Below, piece after piece: positions 57,802-64,000 of a stretch of DNA of 64,000 bases. A program made the position numbers and the translations under genes. The stretch's first letter is position 1, and every line of letters starts with the position of its first letter. A model generated the notes under the pieces. The model saw only the letters and a list, made by a program, of their open reading frames with translations, searched no databases and was not told where the DNA came from. Source of the stretch: Gemmatimonadota bacterium (GTDB taxonomy: Bacteria; Gemmatimonadota; Gemmatimonadetes; Gemmatimonadales; GWC2-71-9); contig JAZDCY010000011.1 of assembly GCA_036679645.1 (NCBI GenBank), positions 1 through 64,000 of the forward strand. The letters run 5' to 3'.

Positions 57802-59253
57802 ATGGTTCGCACAGCACACTGGATTCTTCTCACGCTGCTGGTCTTGCAGGGATGTGCTCCCCGGCGCCCGCCCCGACCGCAAACCGTCCGCGTTCGCAGT
57901 CCGATCGATACGCTGGCGCTCCGCGCCCACACTTACTTCCTCGCGAGCGACTTGCTCCTTGGACGTGGCACCGGAACACCGGGCGCGGAAGCGGCAGCAC
58001 TGTATATCATCAGTGCATGTCGACGCCAGGGACTCGAGCCGGTCGGCGGGCGGTACGCGCACCCAGTGTCTCTCGACCTCGTGCACATCCGCACCGCACA
58101 GAGTTCGGTCATCGTGGTCGGCCCAGGCTCCACTGAAGAGGCGTTCCCGGTCGGGGAAGAAGCCGTGTTCGCCGCCGGCTCGCGGACCGTGTTGCGGAGC
58201 TTCGCGGGTCCCGTAGTGTGGGTGGGATCGGGTGGCGAGATCACCGGGTCTCCCGACGAAATCCCGTCGTTGCGCGGCGCCATTGCCCTAACTGCCGGTA
58301 CCATTCGGCCGCGCGCCGCCCAAATCCTGCGAGACCGCGGAGCCGTGGGTGTCATCTACCTGATCGACGACGCCGAGACATTCCGGTTGTACGTCGCGAG
58401 CCGCGGGCCCGAGTTGATGGCGTTGTCCGACACGTTGGTCGCATCGTCCTTTCTTGCGCCCATTCCAAGTCTGATCGTAGGCCCGACCGCTGCACGCGCA
58501 CTTCTCTTGGCCGCGCATGCCGGGAGAGAAGCGCGGGTCCACGTCGAGGCCGACCGTCGCCCCATCCGATCGGACAACATCACGTGTGCGCTGCGCGGAA
58601 CGGATTCGGGGCTGCGCGACACCGCCATCGCGTTCACAGCCCACTACGATCACCTCGGCGTGAGTGTTCCGGACGCGGCCGGCGACTCGATCTATAACGG
58701 GTTCTCTGACAACGCCGTGGGAGTCGCGATGCTCCTCGCGATCGCCGAGGCCGCGCAGCGAGAGCCGCCGGGTGGGTTTCGACACACGCTGCTCTTTCTC
58801 TTCTTCACCGGGGAAGAACGGGGACTCCTCGGGTCCGACTACTTCGTCGCCAACGCGCCGTTTCCCCTCAACCGCATCCGCGCCGTGATCAACCTCGACG
58901 CGGGCGCACCGCCCGCGCGTCCTTGGAACTGGCGCATCGCCGGCGGTCAAGCGAACGCGTTGGGGTTGTTAGCCATGGACGTCGCGGCCAGTCGCGGGTG
59001 GTCGGCGACTACCTCCCCCGCCACTCCCAATTCGGATTACTTCCCCTTCGCACGGGTCGGCGTGCCGGCTGTCTTCATCATTCCCGGTTCTGCGCCGTAC
59101 GAGGGGCTTTCCGCCGACAGCTCGGCCGCCCTGCGCCGCCGTTGGGACCGCTACCACCAACCCGGCGACGCGTGGCACGAGGACTTCCCCTACGCCGGTG
59201 TGCAGCGTTACGCCGAGTTTGCGTATCTGTTGGCGAGGGCGATTGACAGATAG
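57802..59253 (+). CDS. M28 family peptidase (lipoprotein)
   Basis: LQGC lipobox, AHYDH, DNAVG, GEERGLLGS, INLD, SDY, YHQP. Confidence 0.9.
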   Translation: MVRTAHWILLTLLVLQGCAPRRPPRPQTVRVRSPIDTLALRAHTYFLASDLLLGRGTGTPGAEAAALYIISACRRQGLEPVGGRYAHPVSLDLVHIRTAQSSVIVVGPGSTEEAFPVGEEAVFAAGSRTVLRSFAGPVVWVGSGGEITGSPDEIPSLRGAIALTAGTIRPRAAQILRDRGAVGVIYLIDDAETFRLYVASRGPELMALSDTLVASSFLAPIPSLIVGPTAARALLLAAHAGREARVHVEADRRPIRSDNITCALRGTDSGLRDTAIAFTAHYDHLGVSVPDAAGDSIYNGFSDNAVGVAMLLAIAEAAQREPPGGFRHTLLFLFFTGEERGLLGSDYFVANAPFPLNRIRAVINLDAGAPPARPWNWRIAGGQANALGLLAMDVAASRGWSATTSPATPNSDYFPFARVGVPAVFIIPGSAPYEGLSADSSAALRRRWDRYHQPGDAWHEDFPYAGVQRYAEFAYLLARAIDR

Positions 59254-59350
59254 ACGCACAGACGCACAGACGCTCAGGTGCTCAGGTGCTCAGACATGTG
59301 GCAATTGTGAGCTTCCATCTCCCACCCTGAGCACCTGAGCGTCTATCTGT
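59246..59350. repeat. 8-bp tandem units forming an inverted-repeat structure between convergent genes
   Basis: AGACGCAC x2, AGACGCTC, AGGTGCTC x2; perfect 19-bp IR 59268-59286/59326-59344; 12-bp IR 59246-59257/59339-59350. Confidence 0.8.
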
Positions 59351-60080
59351 TCCCCAGTTTCAGCGAGCCCGGCGGTACTGAGTACAGCAACCGCGCCGTG
59401 TGGCGGTCGCGTTGCGTGATGTCGTGCACTTCGGTGGAGGGGAACATCACGTCGTCGGGGTCGTCTGAGTGGCCGAGTCCCAGCAGATGGCCAATTTCGT
59501 GGAGTGCTACCGTACCGACGGCCTCATCGGTGAGTTCGATGCCACTCGATGTATGTGTGGCGAGCGTGAGCTGCGCGCGCACGATCCACCCACCGTGCTG
59601 CCAGGTGACGTCTGCTTGGCCCGCCCGCCGGATATCGAATCGATCGATCCACGACACGGTCACCTCGGCGGACGCCGAGTCGCTGACGAAGGCGAACCGC
59701 ACCGGAATGGCACCGACACGTTCCCACCGGACGAACGCCGCGCGCGCCGCGTCGCGTAGGTCCCGGGAATAGCCGGGCACCCGTCCGTCGGGCAGGTAGA
59801 CCGCGATGGGCCGGGCCATTCGTTCGGGCCAGCGGCGCAGGATCGAATCGCCATCGGCCAGCATCTGGGGCAAGTACGTTCCGGGACCCGCTATGTGCCG
59901 GAGCACAGCCTGCCGCACCGCCCCCGCGGAATCCGCGTTGAGTGCCCCGCCAAGCGTCTGCGCATCGTCTGGCACCTCTCCCTCACGGCCCCTACCGAGG
60001 CGCCCGCGGGCCAGATCGACCAGCAACCAAGCCGTGGCGACGATCAACACGATCCTCAGGCCGGCGAGCAATACGCGCAT
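59343..60080 (-). CDS. Matrixin/M10-like zinc metalloprotease
   Basis: HEIGHLLGLGHS...VMFP Met-turn; N-terminal TM. Confidence 0.9.
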   Translation of the reverse strand: MRVLLAGLRIVLIVATAWLLVDLARGRLGRGREGEVPDDAQTLGGALNADSAGAVRQAVLRHIAGPGTYLPQMLADGDSILRRWPERMARPIAVYLPDGRVPGYSRDLRDAARAAFVRWERVGAIPVRFAFVSDSASAEVTVSWIDRFDIRRAGQADVTWQHGGWIVRAQLTLATHTSSGIELTDEAVGTVALHEIGHLLGLGHSDDPDDVMFPSTEVHDITQRDRHTARLLYSVPPGSLKLGNR

Positions 60081-60227
60081 ATGCACAATATGCCCGCCGG
60101 TCCACTGGCAACGCCATAACGGCATGCTGGCGGAGCACCCCCGAGCCGTCTATCATTCGGCCCCGTCGTGGCTTAGCTGCCGACCCCAGGACGGTTACCC
60201 CGTCCCAGTCCCTGCGGAGGTCGTTGA

Positions 60228-62513
60228 GTGATCGCGTTGCCCGCGCGCGCCATCATCAGGTTTCGGGTCCTCGTCATCGTCTTCTGGCTCGCCGTCGCCG
60301 CGTTCGCCATTCCGCGGGCGTCACGCGTACACGAGGTCCTGAACGTCGAAGGTCGGTCGGTGGAGACTACGGAGTCGGACGTCGCCACCAGCCTCATTCG
60401 GCGCACGTTCCGGCAGCCGTTCACCCACTTCTTTGCCGTCACCGTCCAGGGACCGGTACCGCTCGAGGATCCGGCGTTCCAGAACGTGCTCAGGGTGTTG
60501 ACCGGAGCCGCCGAGCGGGAGCCGTTTATTAGCGCGGTCGTCTCCGCGCTGACCACGGATGACTCCACGTTCGCGAGCCCTGACCGACACAGCACGTTCT
60601 TTGTCGCCGCTGTCGCAAACGCCCACGCCGACAGCTCTACGGACCTCGTGCCCAGGTTCCGCGAGGCCATTCACGGCGCGGCCGCCCGGCTCCCCAACCG
60701 AGACGACTACACGGTGGCAGTCACGGGACAACCCGCGCTCGACTACGATATCCGTACGGTGAGCAAGGAGGATGCGGACTGGGCCGAGGCCCGGGCGCTT
60801 CCGCTCGCGGCAATCGTGTTGGTCGTCGCGTTCGGCGCACTGGTCGCCGCCGTCCTTCCAATCGTTGTGGGGGTGTTCGCGATCACATGTTCGCTCGCAT
60901 TGGTACATGTCGCCGCCAGCGTTCACCCCATGTCGGTGTTTGTCCTGAACATCCTGACGATGATCGGACTCGGCGTGGGTATCGACTATTCCCTGCTCAT
61001 CGTTACGCGGTTCCGGGAAGAGTTGAACCGCGGGCTGCGGCGCAGCGACGCCGCCATCCGGACGGTGCAGACAGCGGGGAGCGCGGTCGTGACGAGCGGG
61101 CTCACGGTCGTGGTCGGGTTCGCGGCGCTCTTCATCACGCCACTGATGGAGACGCGATCCGTCGCAATTGGCGGGGTGATAGTCGTGAGCGTGGCGGTCC
61201 TCCTCTCGGTCACCCTGCTACCCTGCGTGCTTGCCTTTCTCGGTCGCGCTATCGACATCCCTCGTGGGCTGGCGCGCAAGCTCGCGTGGTATCACGCCCC
61301 CACCGGATGGGAGCGATGGGCACGGTGGCTAGGAAGCCACCCGTGGAGGGCCCTCGTGATTGGGCTCGTCGTGGGTATCACCATCACCTGGCCCATCACG
61401 CACATCGAGATCGGTCTCCCGCGCTCCGGGTGGTTCCCTGCCAATACCGAGTCGACGGCCGGCGTCGATGCTCTCGAGGAGATCGGCGCGAGTGGGGCAC
61501 TCCTCCCCATCAGGATTCTGGTAAGGGCTCCCGAGGGCCGGAAGATCGTTGGCTCGCGGTACCTGAGCGGTCTGCGGCGGCTCGCCGATTCCATCAGCCG
61601 GGATCCGCGCGTGAAACAGGTGCGTGGGGCCGTGATGCTGCAACCGCGGCTGTCGACGCTGCAGTACTCGATGCTGTACAGCAACATCCCACGAGCACGC
61701 GAGCGGTACCCCGATCTTCTAGCAACGTATCTCTCCGAGGACGCCAGCGTCACGCGAATCGATGTGTTCCTCACCGATAGCACCTCTCTCACGGGCTCCA
61801 TGGATCTCGTGCGCGATATCCGCACGATACGCGACACCGGTGTCCGCGGACTCGATTCGGTTGAGATTCTCGTGGGAGGTTTCCAGGCGGCGAGCGTCGA
61901 TCTCCAGCATCAGATGCTCGCGCGCTTCCCGCTTCTCATTGCCGTCGTTCTCGTGGTCACCGCCGTTGCCCTCTTCATCGCTTTCCAATCGGTCCTCGTA
62001 CCGATCAAAGCTGTACTCATGAACCTGCTGTCGGTGGGCGGCGCGTTCGGGCTCATAGTGCTCGTTTTCCAATTCGGCGTCGGCGTGGAGTTGTTCGGAC
62101 TCAGCGAGCCAACGGGGGCCATCTACGTCGTGGTACCCGTTTTCGTTTTTGCCGTCGTCTTTGGCCTGAGTATGGACTACGAGGTCTTCCTACTCGCGCG
62201 CATCAAGGAGGCATTCGACCGTTCGGGTCGAAACAGTCAGGCGACCATGGAGGGATTGAGCGCGACGGCATCGGTAATCACGAGTGCCGCGGCCATCATG
62301 ATCATCGTGTTCGGGACATTCAGTTTTTCGCGTGTGCTTGCGGTGCAGCTCACAGGCTTCGGATTGGCCGTGGCGGTGTTCCTCGATGCGACCCTGATCC
62401 GGATGGTGCTCGTACCGTCGTTCATGCACATAGCCGGACGTTGGAACTGGTGGCCCGGCGTCAAACCAAAGCCGGTGTCGTCGGGCTCACCCGGGGACGG
62501 TTCCGCGAACTAG
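60228..62513 (+). CDS. MMPL-family RND transporter
   Basis: GVGIDYSL..RFREE, GLSMDYEVFLLARIKE, DATLIRMVLVP, GRWNWW. Confidence 0.93.
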   Translation: MIALPARAIIRFRVLVIVFWLAVAAFAIPRASRVHEVLNVEGRSVETTESDVATSLIRRTFRQPFTHFFAVTVQGPVPLEDPAFQNVLRVLTGAAEREPFISAVVSALTTDDSTFASPDRHSTFFVAAVANAHADSSTDLVPRFREAIHGAAARLPNRDDYTVAVTGQPALDYDIRTVSKEDADWAEARALPLAAIVLVVAFGALVAAVLPIVVGVFAITCSLALVHVAASVHPMSVFVLNILTMIGLGVGIDYSLLIVTRFREELNRGLRRSDAAIRTVQTAGSAVVTSGLTVVVGFAALFITPLMETRSVAIGGVIVVSVAVLLSVTLLPCVLAFLGRAIDIPRGLARKLAWYHAPTGWERWARWLGSHPWRALVIGLVVGITITWPITHIEIGLPRSGWFPANTESTAGVDALEEIGASGALLPIRILVRAPEGRKIVGSRYLSGLRRLADSISRDPRVKQVRGAVMLQPRLSTLQYSMLYSNIPRARERYPDLLATYLSEDASVTRIDVFLTDSTSLTGSMDLVRDIRTIRDTGVRGLDSVEILVGGFQAASVDLQHQMLARFPLLIAVVLVVTAVALFIAFQSVLVPIKAVLMNLLSVGGAFGLIVLVFQFGVGVELFGLSEPTGAIYVVVPVFVFAVVFGLSMDYEVFLLARIKEAFDRSGRNSQATMEGLSATASVITSAAAIMIIVFGTFSFSRVLAVQLTGFGLAVAVFLDATLIRMVLVPSFMHIAGRWNWWPGVKPKPVSSGSPGDGSAN

Positions 62514-63979
62514 TTGGCGCGGCGCGTGCGTGCGGTTGTCCTGCCTGCGACCGGCCATCCGACCGGTTCCACGCGGCTGCGCGCCCAGAGTGCAACGATC
62601 TCTCCCGCACCACCGCCGCCGGTCTTCCAGGTCACGAAGACCGTCCCTGCGTTGCCAACTACCAGCCCCTCGGCCGAGCCACCGCCCGCTACGCTCCGCC
62701 ACACCAGGTTGCCGGTCACTTGTTGCACACCACACACCTCCCGCGCGGCCCCGCTCAGACACGGCACCACCATCGTCCCATCGAGCAGGAGTACGGGCCC
62801 GCCCACGCCACCCGTCGTCGCTCCGTACCCGAGGGAATCGGCTGCCCACTGTGTGGTACCGCCCGGCAGGTAGGAGACGAGCCCCGCTTCGGATTGGACG
62901 AAAATGTTGCCTGCACCATCGATGACCGGTGAAGACGCCTGCGCATCGACGGCAGCACCGGGAAGGTCGGCCATGAAGGCGCGGCTCCATACCACCGCGC
63001 CTGCCGTATCGTATACGGTCACGCCGCCTTCGTGTCCAACCACGATCCGGTTCCCGGCAATTGCGGGGCTGGCGTAGCGCGACCATCCCGGCATGGACAC
63101 CCTCCAGCGGACCGTACCGTCGGCGGCCACTCGCGTGAGCCAACTGGAGTCGGCAGGGGCACGCCACGGAACGTAGATGTCACCGTTGGCCGCTATGGCG
63201 GGCGCTGATGCCTGGGCCAGCGCTTCGCTCCGCAACGTATCCCGCCACGTCTCCGCGCCGGCCGATGAGATACTGCTCAACACCACAACATCTGCGGGCT
63301 GACCGGTCTCGTGCAACACGATGACGCTGCCGTCCGTCGCAAGCGCGACACCGGACGCAGCATCGCCAACGGGAAGCGACCAGTCCGCGGTACCGGAGGT
63401 GTCCGTACGGGATGTACACGCGTCGCCTGTCGTCACGACCTTGCCGGCGGGCAGTGTCGGTCCCAGGGAGCCGTTGCACACAGCGAACGTGAATTGCTGC
63501 TCACCCAAGGGTGAGAACGCGCTCGCCGTACCGGACCCGTGCATGACGACTACGCTGCTGTCGCCGGCAACTGCGGGAAGGAGTGCCGGCACGCCCGTGA
63601 GGGCGACTCGCCAACGCACGAGTCCGTCATTGACCACAGTGACCAGCACGCTGTCGCGAAAGTCTTCATTGATGAGCGCGATCACCCACGCGACGCCGGT
63701 GTCCTTGGCCGACACACTGCCCGAGAGATCAGCCAAAACCACTACAGCCAGCTTCGACGTATCGGAGATTCCCCAACTGATTGTCAGTGGAGCACCCGGT
63801 CCGAACGCATACTGCGCCACCGCACGCACGACGATCGCGTCGTCAGAGAAGATCGTGGTATCGGCGGTCTCGATCTCGGCCGAAAGCGTGTTCGTGAGAC
63901 CGCCGAACGGTTCCCCCCTGCACGCCGATACAGCCACGACGCCTGCTAGAAGTGTCAGCCAGCTCTTGGACATCGTCAT
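62510..63979 (-). CDS. Lipoprotein with a PQQ-like beta-propeller
   Basis: VSAC lipobox; repeated DGTxxW / PAI..DG blades. Confidence 0.75.
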   Translation of the reverse strand: MTMSKSWLTLLAGVVAVSACRGEPFGGLTNTLSAEIETADTTIFSDDAIVVRAVAQYAFGPGAPLTISWGISDTSKLAVVVLADLSGSVSAKDTGVAWVIALINEDFRDSVLVTVVNDGLVRWRVALTGVPALLPAVAGDSSVVVMHGSGTASAFSPLGEQQFTFAVCNGSLGPTLPAGKVVTTGDACTSRTDTSGTADWSLPVGDAASGVALATDGSVIVLHETGQPADVVVLSSISSAGAETWRDTLRSEALAQASAPAIAANGDIYVPWRAPADSSWLTRVAADGTVRWRVSMPGWSRYASPAIAGNRIVVGHEGGVTVYDTAGAVVWSRAFMADLPGAAVDAQASSPVIDGAGNIFVQSEAGLVSYLPGGTTQWAADSLGYGATTGGVGGPVLLLDGTMVVPCLSGAAREVCGVQQVTGNLVWRSVAGGGSAEGLVVGNAGTVFVTWKTGGGGAGEIVALWARSRVEPVGWPVAGRTTARTRRAN

Positions 63980-64000
63980 CCTCAAGTGGGTGGGACCCCG

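Overview
High-GC bacterial window. Gene content suggests Gemmatimonadota, but that is an inference. (1) 1-8.0 kb: an integron gene-cassette array with attC sites and no integrase inside the window. It is decaying. The right end of an IS256-type element abuts one attC, and an IS110/IS1111-family element sits inside another attC at a CA core; its downstream non-coding region carries short sequences matching both the attC target and the IS end. (2) 8-15 kb: housekeeping/accessory genes (SDR, Nit, thrC, lysine 6-aminotransferase). (3) 15.2-33.4 kb: a tightly coupled minus-strand redox cluster of two 2-oxoacid:ferredoxin oxidoreductase pairs, an unknown 333-aa gene, rnfB, a ~1680-aa PFOR-like protein with an extra C-terminal ferredoxin lying between rnfB and rnfC, rnfCDGEA, a small Cys-rich protein and a broken apbE. 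(4) 34.9-44.2 kb: a defence island with a minimal GIY-YIG nuclease, a short HsdS-like gene, type I R-M hsdM/S/R, an M48/SprT-like protease and a divergent Fic-HTH gene. (5) 44-64 kb: tryptophanase, TPP riboswitch-thiC, pepE, an ATL protein, two tandem Rieske-fusion enzymes, deaminase, cyclophilin, RNase D, SufT, peptidases, an MMPL transporter and a beta-propeller lipoprotein. Several genes appear to carry clean internal deletions. All product calls come from motif recognition by eye; no searches were run.
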